Shown here: in pieces, positions 45,702 through 59,212 of the stretch | How positions within the stretch are numbered: position 1 is the stretch's first letter | Layout of the letters: each line of letters opens with the position of its first letter | Source of the DNA: Cyanidioschyzon merolae | Taxonomy: Eukaryota | Reading direction: 5' to 3' (one strand) | DNA: 64,000 nucleotides | Assembly: GCA_000091205.1 (NCBI GenBank) | Contig: AP006484.2 | The notes under the pieces: generated by a model | Databases searched by the model: none | The model's input: the letters and a program-made list of their open reading frames with translations, nothing else | Told to the model about the DNA's origin: nothing | Position numbers and translations under genes: made by a program

Positions 45702-47132
45702 ATGTTTGTGTTGCCAGTACATCTGGAGAAACGACACTGCAGTCCGTTCTGCAACGTTCGGTTGGTGGCGGCAAGTCCTTGGAAACGCTTCGCGAAACGT
45801 CGCCTTTGGCTGTGCGGGGGCGCAGGTGGCCCGCCCTCCTTCGGTCGGGGAAACACCGACGATAATGACGATGACGACGACGACCAGAACGATAAAAACC
45901 GCTCTAATGGACCAAACGAACACAAAGACGACGCGAGCGACGGCCTAAACTGGTCACTGCTGCAGCGGCGGGTGCGGGAACTGCGAGCAGCTGCTGCGCA
46001 CGAAGCGAACGCCTCGGAGCGCAACTGGCAAACGGGGCGCTGTGAGCGGCTCGCGCTCCTTGTCTTCGAAGACGATGACGTTGCAGGCTTCAAATACGTC
46101 AACTCGGAGGTTCTGGTCGGCTCCAGGTCTGGTCAAGTTCGTTGGGTCGACCTGGAGCACCGACGCCTGTTGCGCACCCTCGAAGCACCGTGCTCTCGCA
46201 TCGACCCGTCGACTGTAGCGGCAACGAGTGCTCTCGACTTTGATGGTTCCGTAGCAGCGATTGGCTATGCAGACGGATCTCTCCAGTACTGGTTTCTGCG
46301 TCAAGAGACGCCCGTGAACTTTTTATCGTGGCCAAATGTGTTTCAAGCACCGGTGGTGGGTATTGCGTTGCTCCCGGGGGGCCGCTTCGCTGCCGCATCC
46401 CTCGAGGGACGCCTACGAGTCTACCCAGCGGAACCGCCTCGCCCGGGCGAGCTTGTGGTTCCAGTGCCGCCACTCGTAGACATCGACGTGCAAGTGCCGG
46501 TGCTGTCGATGGAAGCAACGACCCAACACTGTCTTATTGGTTGCCTTGACGGTACCATTCGCGTGTACTCCCTTGCGAACGGGAGCTGCGTGCTGCGTCT
46601 CAACCCCAGCGCAAACGAAGAGCGGGCAGCTGGAATTTCTGCTATCTATTACGAAACATCGACTGAAACGCTCTGGATTGGTGATGAGCTTGGACTGGTA
46701 CGCGCACTGAACCTCCAGCAAGGGGAGCTCATCCAGCGTTTCCAAGCGCATCGTGGTGGAGTTCGTTCCATTTTTGCGGATGCCACGAAATTGGTCACAG
46801 CTGGACGTACTTCCGTCCCTGGAGAGAAACCCATAGACTTTGTGGAAGACGTACTCCGAGTCGCCGAAACAGCCCGGAAGGAGACGATTCCCATTCCGGC
46901 TGTAGGAGCGGAAGTGGACGACGCAGGCGCATCGTTCCCGCATATCGAAAGTAATATTCCGGGGCTGTCGGGTGGAAGCATTCGCGTCTGGTCGCAGACG
47001 TATCAGCGACCGCTTTTTGAACTCGTTGGTCACTCCGAATCGCTCTCCACTGTGCAGTTTGATCAGAACAAGATGGTAAGTGATGGTCTGGGTAGCGTGC
47101 TGCTGATCAATCGCTTTGGTCTGAAAATCTAA
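45702..47132 (+). CDS. WD40-repeat protein with acidic (poly-Asp) N-terminal region
   Basis: WD-like blades: DGSLQYWF, DGTIRVYSLANGSCV, GGSIRVWSQTYQRPLFELVGHSESLSTVQFDQNKMVSDG. The first ATG is at 45702, since the tool used GTG 45693. The 5' end begins about 270 bp inside the unique segment, next to the left IR arm. Confidence 0.6.
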   Translation: MFVLPVHLEKRHCSPFCNVRLVAASPWKRFAKRRLWLCGGAGGPPSFGRGNTDDNDDDDDDQNDKNRSNGPNEHKDDASDGLNWSLLQRRVRELRAAAAHEANASERNWQTGRCERLALLVFEDDDVAGFKYVNSEVLVGSRSGQVRWVDLEHRRLLRTLEAPCSRIDPSTVAATSALDFDGSVAAIGYADGSLQYWFLRQETPVNFLSWPNVFQAPVVGIALLPGGRFAAASLEGRLRVYPAEPPRPGELVVPVPPLVDIDVQVPVLSMEATTQHCLIGCLDGTIRVYSLANGSCVLRLNPSANEERAAGISAIYYETSTETLWIGDELGLVRALNLQQGELIQRFQAHRGGVRSIFADATKLVTAGRTSVPGEKPIDFVEDVLRVAETARKETIPIPAVGAEVDDAGASFPHIESNIPGLSGGSIRVWSQTYQRPLFELVGHSESLSTVQFDQNKMVSDGLGSVLLINRFGLKI

Positions 47133-47905
47133 AGTCTCCGAGGACCTCGACAGAGCCATTGAATTCATCCAGGCTTCGTACCCGCGCACTCAGACTTGCA
47201 GTGTCTGTCAGTTTCTCATGAGGAGGATCGGCTACTCGTGGACATGCAACAACTTCACCCTGCAGATCAGTGCTTCAGTGCGGCTGAACGCTGGAGTCAC
47301 TGCTCGCTATTGCGGTATCCAGTGGAACTGAGGCAGAGGCTCAATGCCGTTGTGATTGAAAACGCAACTCGATATCTCCGCCCAGTCTGCGGCCGCAGAC
47401 CCGAAAAATCGTGTACTTCTGTGTATTGTCGGCGTGCCAGGTGCGGGACAGGCACCACGGTATGAGTGTGTCAATGTTTCTGGGCATTGGCAGCGTTCGG
47501 TGCCGAGACGGACGTCTCGGGAGAGGATGCAGTGTCGAGCACAGTTCCCAGCAATGGGCTCTGGGCAGACTAGAGGTGCCCGTTGCGCGCACAAACGCGT
47601 TGAATCATGGTATGGCGTCAAAGTCTACAACAAGAACAACAGCAAGGTCGGGAAGGGTAAATGCGCTGACGACCCCAGAGCGAGTGAACCGGTGGCCGGC
47701 GCCTAAGAAACGTTGCTGGCGCTGCGTAGAGCACTACGGATACGAGCGAATACCCAGTGAACCAAAGGACCTTCCATTCAATGGGGCACGCCGGTACCAG
47801 AATGCGCTCCACAGTGCGACATTCTGGCGTACCAGGGCCCTCTTACCGCCACAAGCTCTTGAGTCCGCAACGCGCATCATACTATCGGTGAACCTCTGCA
47901 GCATC

Positions 47906-47998
47906 CTATGAGTGCCACAAGGTTTGAATCCCGAAACGCTGGCGGGCATCCGTGAACCACTGATGTGTCCCAAAGTAGGGGTCCCAGTCGTCGTCCTC

Positions 47999-48030
<32 letters not shown>

Positions 48031-51000
48031 CGACGTCGTCGTCATCGTCGTTAGGGTCTGCGTCATCATTGTCTCCGGTGCCCGCTGAAGTCGTGGGAGC
48101 GGTCGTAGCGGCTTCGACGCACCCAGGGGCCCCATTGACAGCATCTACAACCGCCTGCCCGGTCTGTGCCTGCATCGTCGAGAATCCGTTATGCGGAGCA
48201 GTGGACAATCCAGACGCCTGGTTCGGGGAAAGCGCTGCTACCTGCATTGACCGCTGCCCAGCGCTCGTGTCTGCGCCGTGCCCTACCCAATGACCTTCGG
48301 GCAGTGGAAGCAGGGCCAGCGTCCGTTCGCTGCCTCTGCTTCCATGAGACGACAGTACACGAGCCGGAGAGCGACCCATTTCAGCTCTCAAAAGCGGCAT
48401 TTCAAGCGCATCCGATGTCGAGCACGCTGCAGGGTGTATTGTAAAAGCGACGGAGATGAGGTACGGGAACGCATGCAGCACGAGCCGGGTGTAGCGGTGC
48501 AGATCTGCAACCACATGCTTGCGATCCTCAAAGTGCTCCAGCTGGGACTCTATGTGCCCACTGGCTTCTGCTGCGGCAATGGACGACTCGAAGAGGGCCA
48601 GTTCGGCACGCTCGCGAGGTAGGAGGGTCCTGCGCTGACGGCGCGCAAACGCTAGTCTCATAGCAATATGCGCTCGCATACCGCGTACCGTCTCACGACG
48701 AATCGGCACATAGACAAAGCATTGGACGCGTAAGACGGACCTTGCTTCCACAATGACTCGCTCAAACTCATTCAAGTAGCCAAGTTCCAGCAGCAAATGG
48801 CCGAGTCGTGCCACCAGTTCAGGATCACGTTCCAGCTCTGCAGCGTGCTCGGTCTCGGCGAGGTGCAGTTCAATCTCCGCACGGCGTCTGTAGCGAACAA
48901 GTTCGGCAGCGTAACTGATAGGCCCTGCCTGGATAGTCCATAAACACGACTGCAGACGGCACGGACAAGGTTCGTTGAGCGCTTCAGCAGCAGCCCGAAA
49001 CACGGCTTCGATCGCCTCGTACTCCCTGGCGTTGAGCGTGAGACGCCCTGAACCGCCGAGTAGCACTTTTTGCATATGTGTATCAACAGTGATCCGCTGA
49101 GATGTATCCGGATGAAGCAGGTTATCGAGAAAAGCGGTGACTTTGCTCCCACTGGGGACCCCCAGACAACCCGCCAAATAGTTCAGCAATGAATTCATGG
49201 GATAAGAGCCGAAGCGCGGTCGCCTCACCTGCGAAATCGCCCGATAATTGAGCAGTGCGTTGATCGTATTTGCCGCAATCGATGAATTCGGTGAACACGT
49301 TGCAAGGAGCGAAAGGAAAAGATGCATTTCGAGAGCGTTTCCGTATGTCGCGCCCTGAACTACATCGTGGAGGTCCTGGTACCACGTGTACATGGCTGGA
49401 TGCGTTGCGCGGATGCGCTTCAAGTGGTCGCCCAGTGTCTCCAGGGTCGGTGGAGGCCTCTCGAAACGGTGTTCCCCGAGAACCTCGATACAGGTGCGTA
49501 ATGCAGCTTCAAAAGGCAACGGCTTGCTGGACGCTGCAGTAGGTGGTGCAGGTTTCACCAGCGTCTGTGAGTCGAGTCGTTGGCGTCGAGCCCATTCTCT
49601 GCGCGCTTGCATCCCATTAGCGACTGGATTGAACCGCACCAGCTCCTCCAGAGCATGCCGGACTGCCCGCAGCTTCCGCGATGATGCCCACTCGTCCGGT
49701 ACACTGAAGACCCGCGGATGTGTTTCGTAGATGCACTCTCGAAGAGCGTGCTGAACGTGCGCCTCGGCAGAGAGGCGGGGTGTAGTGTCCGCAACCGTCC
49801 CGCGTTCCCGCAGGATGCGTCGTTCGTACGCATGTTGGACGCGTACGTAGAGCAGCACGTGCTCCTGTCTGCGCAGCTCGTTGGTGATCGCTGCGAGGCT
49901 CTTTTGTGTGGCTCCGAGGAGTTGCTCCAGGCGGTCGCGACCTTCCTGGACGAGAGCATCGATTTCCTGACGATGTTTTTGACGGAGTCGTTCACCTTCT
50001 TCACCGGCAGGGTACGCATTAGAGCGAAGATATTTCGTAGGGTTTGGCGCAATCGCAAGTGAGCCAAAAGTCTTCGGACTGCCTCCAGAGGTGTCGCTTG
50101 TGGTGTGCATGAGTAGCTGCTCCTGGCGATGGCCGACGCGTTCCAGCCACTGCTCCCGTATGCTCATGAGCCATTGTTGATATAGGGCAACATTCTGCAG
50201 CGGCCAGAGAGCACGACATGTGTCATCTGTTGTTGCGACGTGATCAGGAGCTGTGCTCTTGATCCCGCCCTCAGTGGTCTGCGTGTGTGCCGCTGCCTCC
50301 GCTGCTGCTTCACGGACAACCGATTCGGCTGCCGTCTGTATCTTTGCGTCTTGTTCGGAGTCCTCAGTGCCGCTTGATCGGATGCGCTGCTGATCCTGAA
50401 TCCAAAGCAGGGCACGGGACCAAGCGTCTTCCATGCTCGCGTCAGTTACAAGCGAAGCGACGGTAGCATCGGCGTCGACCCTGTGCGTTTGAGGATCCTC
50501 GATGCCGCTGATGCCCCCGTTCGATGCACTGCTCGCTGCTGGTATATTTTCGATTATAGACGGCCGCCACGGGGTGAAAGCGTGTTCCTCTAATCTCGCG
50601 TTCTGCAGCTTTGCTGACGACGGAAGGGCATCACATGTTGAAATAGCACTGCAATCGTTCCGCAAGCCCGCGGAAGCCTGCTTCATTGGTGACTGGAGCA
50701 CTTTGGGCGGTCTCCAGGGCGGTGCTTCGCGTTCACGAGCTCTCGACAAGCACAGCCTAGGACGCCGCGGCCCAAGCTGGTCACGTTCAGGTCTGGTTGA
50801 AGACTTTTGGCCGCTGGCAGCAACGGTAACGGCTTCCTTATTGCCAGGGCTACAAGCGTCCTGGCCGTTTCCCGGCACAAGGGAGCTGCGCTTCTTCGGG
50901 GACCAAAATGTCTCACAAGCATACGATTTGGCTTGCACGCTGTTTTTTTGTACGTCAACCATATTGCTTACTTCTGACGAACGCGAACTGCTGCCGCAGC

Positions 51001-51199
51001 GCACCGGTGTAGCAGCGGGCACAGTCTCGAGGCCCAGCGCTTTAGCGGCCTTCAGAAACGGATTTTCGCACGCGTTAGGTGCGAGCACCCTATCCAGTAA
51101 TGGTGTCGCCACTCTGCCTGAGTCGGTTTGCGGGGAACTAGTCGGCGGCACGAACGCTGGACCTGGTGGAGCTGATGCCTCTTCCTCTGACGTCTGCAT
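47906..51199 (-). CDS. Large (about 1100 aa) hypothetical nuclear-type protein with possible HhH-GPD (EndoIII-like) motif and C-terminal poly-Asp/Glu tail
   Basis: Continuous 3.3-kb ORF; the first ATG after the GTG start is at 51199. LAGCLGVPSGSKVTAFLDNLLHPDTSQRITVDTHMQKVLLGG resembles the EndoIII helix-hairpin-helix plus VDTHIFRV segment (Lys and Asp positions conserved), followed by ...CLWTIQAG, which resembles HHWLILHG. The C-terminal DNDDADPNDDDDDVDDDDDDGDDDDEDDD is encoded by (GAT/GAC)n. Confidence 0.5.
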
Positions 51200-52432
51200 C
51201 GCGGGGAAAAGCACAACAGCTGGACCCTTATTTTCCCCAAATTCTCCGCTTACAGCAGCCACCTATGCAAATACAGTATTTTAAGGTCGGTCTCTGGAGA
51301 TTATGAGCCAAAGATCACAACTAAACACCGCAAGTTCCCGAAAAGCTCAGATAGCGCATTCTGATACCAGATCGCTTAGAGCGCGATCCAGTACGCAGTT
51401 GTTCGCGAGGCGCATCGGCGGCTGGAGGCGGCGGTTGATCTGCAGCGATCCATCGCAGTGCGATGGCTTTGTAGTGTCTCCAGCCTAGGCTCTTGAAACT
51501 AATCTGATATAGTAGACCGGGATACAGTATGCGCTTTTGTCGGGTGCCTCGATCGTTCCAGGCGAGATGCAAGGATCAAACGTCGTGGCAGATATGGACG
51601 CTACAAATGTGCTATGCCTCTGCCGAGATCACCAGATCCGGGGGACGTAGCGGGCATCATAACTTGGACAGCGACGATAGCATGGAAATGACTTGAACTA
51701 TCATCGGTTCTAGCCCATGACGCGGGATAGAAGCAAAATTCAGGTCAGGTCCTTATTCCAGCGTCCGTGCGGCATGCATAACAAGCATAGGGATTAAACG
51801 TATATCCGTGTTCAGGAATCCTACCGTGCCTTGTTTGTTTACGATCAATAAAACTAACGAAACTCTTCAAGGCTAGAGTGATGCGTACCTTATCCAGACA
51901 AGCGTAAGCCGCAGAGAACGCTACGCTTTTGATCGAAGCGTCGAGGGGTATCCTGCCAGGCCCCTACATCTCCATGTATGTCAAGGCGGTACTGCGATGG
52001 GCAGTAGCTTCGGCACCAGCGACAGACCCTATAGCAAGAGATTATTCTACGTGAGTTTCCAATCTACGATACTTTATTTCAGCTGCAGCGCGATACAAAC
52101 ACGCATGTGCCAAGGCGGGGTGTCGGACACGTGTCCTTCATCGATCGATGAGGCGTCTCGCGCAGCGCATGCATCGCGCTCGATGAGGGTACCTGGGAGT
52201 TGGGGCAGATATGAGACACGACGCGCGTGCCGCCGTTGAAGGGAAACGTGATCTTGATCTTTAGCGTCTAGCTCTCGTGTAAAAGTTGTATTTTCGTTAA
52301 CTTCATAGGCAAGTATAGTTTTTAGTTCGATTGTGTTTCAACCCTCAAGTGAAAATATTCGATTGATTTTTCGCAGTGTATAAGAGAAGCCTTCACAGAG
52401 GGTTCATTTGAAAAAACTCAAAAAGGAAAGTT

Positions 52433-53230
52433 ATGGAAGAGCAAGTCGACGATCCTGGAGGCCCAGGGTCGCAGGCTGCCAGAAAAAACAAAAAAACAGT
52501 GCCGAGTCCAGAAGAAAAGGAAGAGAAGAAGACCCAAAGGGGGAAGGTCCTACGTCGAAGGCGGCAGGAAAGACGACTGTACAACGAGATGGTGGTGAAT
52601 ACCTCTCTTCTTGGACATATCAAGGATCCGTACGAGCAAAATTTGCGAGACGCTATCAGAAACCGTGTCGATTCGGACTCCAGGAGTATTATAGAGGCGT
52701 CGCCAGGACTGATGCATTTAGCGAGGGAGGTGTATCGCGACGTGACGCACATGGAAACGGTCGAGATTCCGGACGAGCTCTTCGACCAGACTTTTATTCG
52801 TCACCTAATGCTTGGCACAGGGGAAGCGCGGAGGGGAAATGAGCGGGTGCAAGTCCTCCACGAAAACTTCGCGGAATTCCGCTTCGAGGGTAATCGATAC
52901 AGGGGTGACGGGGATATTTACATACGCGGCGCCATGAAGTACCTCACGAATCTGAAGAACCATTTAACAGTGAACCTCGAACGTTTCATGATACGCACCG
53001 AGTTTGCACTTTACCCGGGCATCTCTCGCAAGGGGATATCGGCGATGATCAATGGAATCACGAACGATCGCCAGCGAGAAGATGAGATCAAGTTCGTTGA
53101 CAAGAAGCCGTCACACAGGAGCATGAATGAAGTCTCTGTAATCCGTGCGCCTATACAAGAGCACCGTGCAGTCTTGGGGCTGGCGAATCCAACAGACAAG
53201 ATATCAGAGTTGAAAAATGATAAGGAATGA
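52433..53230 (+). CDS. N-terminal segment of the TnpB/Fanzor-like protein (Lys/Arg-rich NLS-like N-terminus followed by helical REC-like region)
   Basis: ATG start. KNKKTVPSPEEKEEKKTQRGKVLRRRRQERRL is a strong bipartite NLS-like stretch, and Fanzor proteins characteristically carry N-terminal NLS/disordered regions. The segment is in the same frame as 53585-54634 but is separated from it by stop codons. Confidence 0.35.
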   Translation: MEEQVDDPGGPGSQAARKNKKTVPSPEEKEEKKTQRGKVLRRRRQERRLYNEMVVNTSLLGHIKDPYEQNLRDAIRNRVDSDSRSIIEASPGLMHLAREVYRDVTHMETVEIPDELFDQTFIRHLMLGTGEARRGNERVQVLHENFAEFRFEGNRYRGDGDIYIRGAMKYLTNLKNHLTVNLERFMIRTEFALYPGISRKGISAMINGITNDRQREDEIKFVDKKPSHRSMNEVSVIRAPIQEHRAVLGLANPTDKISELKNDKE

Positions 53231-53390
53231 TGTTATCCCCTCATCCTACGCTACTTCGTGCTTCTGGAACGAGAGCTCGAACGCAAGGCGGAGATGAAGC
53301 TGAGTAAGGAAAAATGAAGTGTCGGAGAGACGAAAGGCTGCGCTTCTGACGAACCGCTTCAGTGTCGTTCCAATGTGCAACATCAAGTCA

Positions 53391-54634
<1,244 letters not shown>

Positions 54635-54707
54635 GGCGCGTTCGCCGCCACTACTCTACTCGGTCGGCGTCCTTCGCCTTTAGGACGGAGTTCGTTGGTG
54701 CTCGTTG

Positions 54708-55445
54708 ATGTTCGGCAGCAGCCGACGCGCAACGGTGAGGAAGAGCTTGTCTATTATCGAAGAGGATGAAGACGAGGCAGTCAGTGAATGCGACAGTCCT
54801 GCGGAGCTCCGGCACCGGATCACTGACGGACCGAGGAAGTTTGACGCTGTCGGAGTGACCGGTCACGGCGTGGAGAGCGACGAGTCCAGTGCTGGTAACG
54901 AAACGATGCCCTCGAGAGCACACAAGGTGCCACTCGGCCCGGTGGAGCAATCACGTCTGGGAACGAGTGCGCGCTCGAGACGCCAAGAGCAGCGCGGGCA
55001 AAACACTGACCAGATTCGTGAATTCCAAGTACGGTTACAGGAAACCCAAGATGCGCTGAGAAAAACTCAGGCCGAGGTAAGTATGCTCCGGGCTCACGTC
55101 TCGGCCCTGGAGATGGCACTGGAGGAGCGGAACACTGAAGTGCGGCGGCTACGTGAGCAGCTTGCATCCAGCGCACCAGGCGCTAGTGGGACTTTGAATG
55201 TACAGCAGGGGAAAGTGGCCTCGGCCGTAGGTCGAGACCTGCTCGGACTCTTAAGAAGTAGCCATGCGTCCGCAGCTGATTCGCCGATATCGATTTCCAC
55301 TGTCTCTGAGGGCGCACTGAAACCGTCGCTGCCATCACGACTTGTCGAGCTGCGCGCCAATACTTCTCCAACAGCGAGCTCATCTGCGTCGAATATCTTG
55401 CTAGGTACTCCAGATACTGGAAAATCTTCGATGGGCAAACGTTGA
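54708..55445 (+). CDS. Hypothetical coiled-coil protein immediately downstream of the TnpB-like gene
   Basis: ORF with an ATG at 54708. The central segment QIREFQVRLQETQDALRKTQAEVSMLRAHVSALEMALEERNTEVRRLREQLAS is strongly heptad-like. It could alternatively be non-coding, such as a guide-RNA region of the TnpB-like element. Confidence 0.3.
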   Translation: MFGSSRRATVRKSLSIIEEDEDEAVSECDSPAELRHRITDGPRKFDAVGVTGHGVESDESSAGNETMPSRAHKVPLGPVEQSRLGTSARSRRQEQRGQNTDQIREFQVRLQETQDALRKTQAEVSMLRAHVSALEMALEERNTEVRRLREQLASSAPGASGTLNVQQGKVASAVGRDLLGLLRSSHASAADSPISISTVSEGALKPSLPSRLVELRANTSPTASSSASNILLGTPDTGKSSMGKR

Positions 55446-56808
55446 CGCCGGTGCCTCTAGGCCGGCGAGAGCACGCCAGATAAGTCTTCTGTAGTTGATG
55501 AGGTACCGTGGCGCTGCTCCTTGTACACTGACAGGCATTGGTGTGGTCTGCGACCGCCCTTGCCGCCCGAAACGGAGCGGATTTTCGTTGCGCTGGGAAG
55601 TGCCCGCTGCAGAGGTCGCTCTCTGGGATGTACTCGAGCCCTAGATATTGTATTAGAAGCGGATTATCCCGTATGAAGACTATCGAAAACGCTTTCACGA
55701 GACAGGCCATGGATTATGGGAAGTTGCACTGGGGAATCACTGCCTTGCAGGTTTCTTTTGTTGCATCATCGGAATCGTAAGCTGGCACTCTTGTATCTCT
55801 CTGCGACGACCTGAAAAAGAGCGTTTCGTCTGCGAAATCTTACGAAATCATGGACCACAGGGTGTGGTCGAGCGCAGAGAAGCGTTGCCGGCTTGCATTC
55901 GGTCCCGTATGTTCGTACTGTCTTTTCTAAATGTCGCCTCATTGCTCCAGCTCTATGTCGCTAGTCATGCGTGCAAAGATTCAAATGTGCAGGCAGGTCT
56001 ATGTCCAGTTCCAAGTCCGCGACGCATGAAAGCAGGTAAGGCAGCAGGCATGGATGCATGTGTACGCGTTTGTTCGCATCCACGCGGGCAGGTAGGCAGG
56101 TAGACACGCTGGTACACAGGAGCTGGATTCTGCATCTGCGCTCTGCGAAGGCTATCCAGCAAAAAGATCGGGATACGTGCTGGGTCCCAGTGCTAAAGAT
56201 CAGAGCGTGTACCAAATACAATGTGCAAGGAGTTGATCAATGGCATGCAAAGGCGACCGCCACGCCCTCAGGTCATGTTGTTCACGGCATTTTGCGACAA
56301 TTGCATTGAGGTACTCGTTCGCATCCGTTCCATCTATTCCAGCTTCTGGAAATCTAGCTTGAAAGGTATCATATTAGGAAGGGAGCAAGCATTGATGATG
56401 CCTTGCACCTGACAGCTCTTCAAATCCTCGATCGCAAAAAGTACGCATTGGAGGTTTAGACGAGGCGCAACCTTGATGTGTCGAGTTTTAGGGAATAACG
56501 TGGGCGTTTACCAGCAAATCTTAACAAGCTAGTTCTTTGCGCTGGGGATGGGGGGTGTCGCATTGCGGCTGCTGCGATCAATTGGGCGAAAAACTCGTGC
56601 CATGATTGGTCGGCATTTTTCATCTTCTAGGATCGAAGAGAAGAAACAGGGACAACATGGGTGCGGCATTGTTGTTGGTTTCCAGGGACCTGACCACCAG
56701 GCCGATCTAAAACCACAACTTCCACGAAACACGAACCAGACCTCGCAAGGTGGGTGCAACGATGCTGACCGTTGTCAAGGGCCGGTCCGTTGACTTTTTT
56801 TTGGTTCA

Positions 56809-59212
56809 GAGCAGTGGCTCGGGAACACCTGTACCAGAAAGATCCTGTTGTGTGCGTATGTGTCTCTCGCAGGCGTACAACACAGGGATTGGTTGGTGTC
56901 GATCGGGGATAGGTCGCAGAAATGTTTTATGACAGTCTGTGTCAGCTGGCGGAAAACAGAATTCATTGTACGAGTCAGTTATTCTACTGACAGCAAGTGG
57001 ATGAGCGGTATTTCTCGTCGTCCGTGCTCTGAACGTTGTGCACCTGGAAATGAACTCCTAGAACGTTGTCTAAACATCGGGTCCTTGTCAATCCTCGCCA
57101 GTCAAGACGTTTTCAAAGAAATACGTCTAAAGAAGCCGCAGAATCTCAGGCCCGCATACCAACGATCCGAACGCTGACAACGATACGCGAACAGACAAAG
57201 GAGAACGCACGCTCGAACCGGAGACCGCTGCACGGTGAATACCCCACTGTTGCATTGGTACTTCCTCGCGGACGCATACCATATGATAGAAAGGGGGCGC
57301 GGGGGATCGTCTAACGCCTTCAGCGTCTGTTCGGGAGGACCCGCACTCCTGCACGAGATGTGCGTCGTCCAGGAGTGGCAAACGCCTGGCTACAGCGCAG
57401 AAACAAGCGAGTATCGTATCAACATGAGCCCCAGCAGCGAGTCAGTCGTGAGGTCGCCTACAACTCGCCAAGCGGGCCCTGTCGTTCAATGCCTCATGCT
57501 TCGTCGTCGGGGCTTTCCTCGAGGAGTCTGCTCCCCGTATTCACATGTCCTGATGTTGCATAAAGTCGCTTTCCATCACTCACCAGGTGTCGAGGAGGAC
57601 GCACCAGCGGTTGACGTTGAGCTGCCCGTGACGCCAGCCAGCGCTCTTTACTTCGGTCCGGTCGACAGTGGCTTCTCTGCCGTCGAACGCCAGGGTTACG
57701 CTCCGGGTTGAAGAGGCGAGTCGTTCGCATCCGTGACACCCCAGTTCGTCGACAAGTTGCTTTCGGCCTTCATCAGCCGCCAACTACTGCGCTCCCTCTC
57801 TGCTCGTGTGCGGGAGGAAGCGGTCAGGCGCGCTGCAGTCGCCAGACGCCCTGGCAATAGACCTGGTGACGGAGCGGCACCTAAGGAATAATAGAATCGT
57901 ACAAGTAAAAGACGAGCTTCAGTTTTGCTGCCCACCAGGTCCGTCCGAACTCCAAGGGCATACGAGGATGGCAGAGCGTCCCAAGCATATCCTTGCGAGC
58001 CGTCGCAGTCAACGAAAACGAGACGAAACCACCAGGCCAGCGAGAGAAAGACTCCTCTCCAAAAGAGGACGGGCAGCGACTGAAACGATCGAGAGTCGGA
58101 TCGGAAAGGGCGGTCTGTATTGGTTATCAAGGCTTCGCTACAAGAGCACGCGAACGCGGAGAACCTGCCAGAAAGCGACGTGCAGGACGCTATCAGGGGA
58201 ACCATAGCTCCCTAAACGAAGGGGCTTCGTCAAGCCTCCCTCGCCTTGGTGGACATCGAGGAGCCGGTGTTCCTACCCGTTCCAGATGCAGGGCAGCCAG
58301 CTGTCCATATTCCTACGGAGTCTTTCGATGAAACCTTCGTGCGACAACACATCTGAGACTCGGCACCGGAGACGCAAGCCAGTCTCATCGTAGGATCAGA
58401 GGTTCGTACACATGTTTCTGACCGCTGCTTGACGCTTTGCGACACGAACCCGGTGACCTGAACATCTACACCACAGATGCCGATAACGATGGAACAACCC
58501 TCAAAAACTGCAACCGCATGCAGGTCATTCTCTAGCGCTTCATGAGGCGCTCCCTGGAGGCGCTGTAGCCTCACGCTGCCGGGACCAAACGAGTCCGGAG
58601 AGATGCAGTGCTTCCTCTCGATGTCGCCGGCGGCAAATGACAAGCTGGTGCTACCGATACCATTCGAAATGGAGGCGAGTTTTTGCAAGCACCGTCTAGA
58701 CGAGAGGCAGCGTCGGCTCAGCTCGTGCAAGCTGATGGTGTTGCTCTGGAACTCGGACCGGCAGATGTCGTATCGAAAGGATGCTTGAGACACGATACCT
58801 ACCTTGCTTGCATCTCGCGTGACGATGGAGTCATGAGCAGAGCCCTCCATAGCACGTCAGCGTAACTTCAGTTGTTCGAGCATTGCATCTTGTTCTCGCG
58901 GGGCATGCGATACGGTCCCGGTAACTCGCCTCGAGGCCGCTTGCATTTCCCGGAGACACTTGTTTCGTGTCTTGTAGAGCGAGTTCAGTGAGCTCCGGTT
59001 GCACTGCGTACGCCAGGATGATACGTTGGAACAACTTCGCCCAGATCATTCGAGGCGCTCGTTCAACGCTTTCCCTCATTCGGATCGATGAACGGAAACG
59101 GTGGTTACAGAGGCGATGGCGACGGATGGCATGGGAATGTGCATTCGCTTTATGAATCCTAATCGTCAGTCGAGTGACGAGACTCGTTTTCATGCGTTCA
59201 ACGCAGAGGAAG
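56809..59212. repeat. Right arm of the large inverted repeat (reverse complement of 43027-45433)
   Basis: As for the left arm: mirrored ORFs on the opposite strand with about 98-99% identity. Confidence 0.9.
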
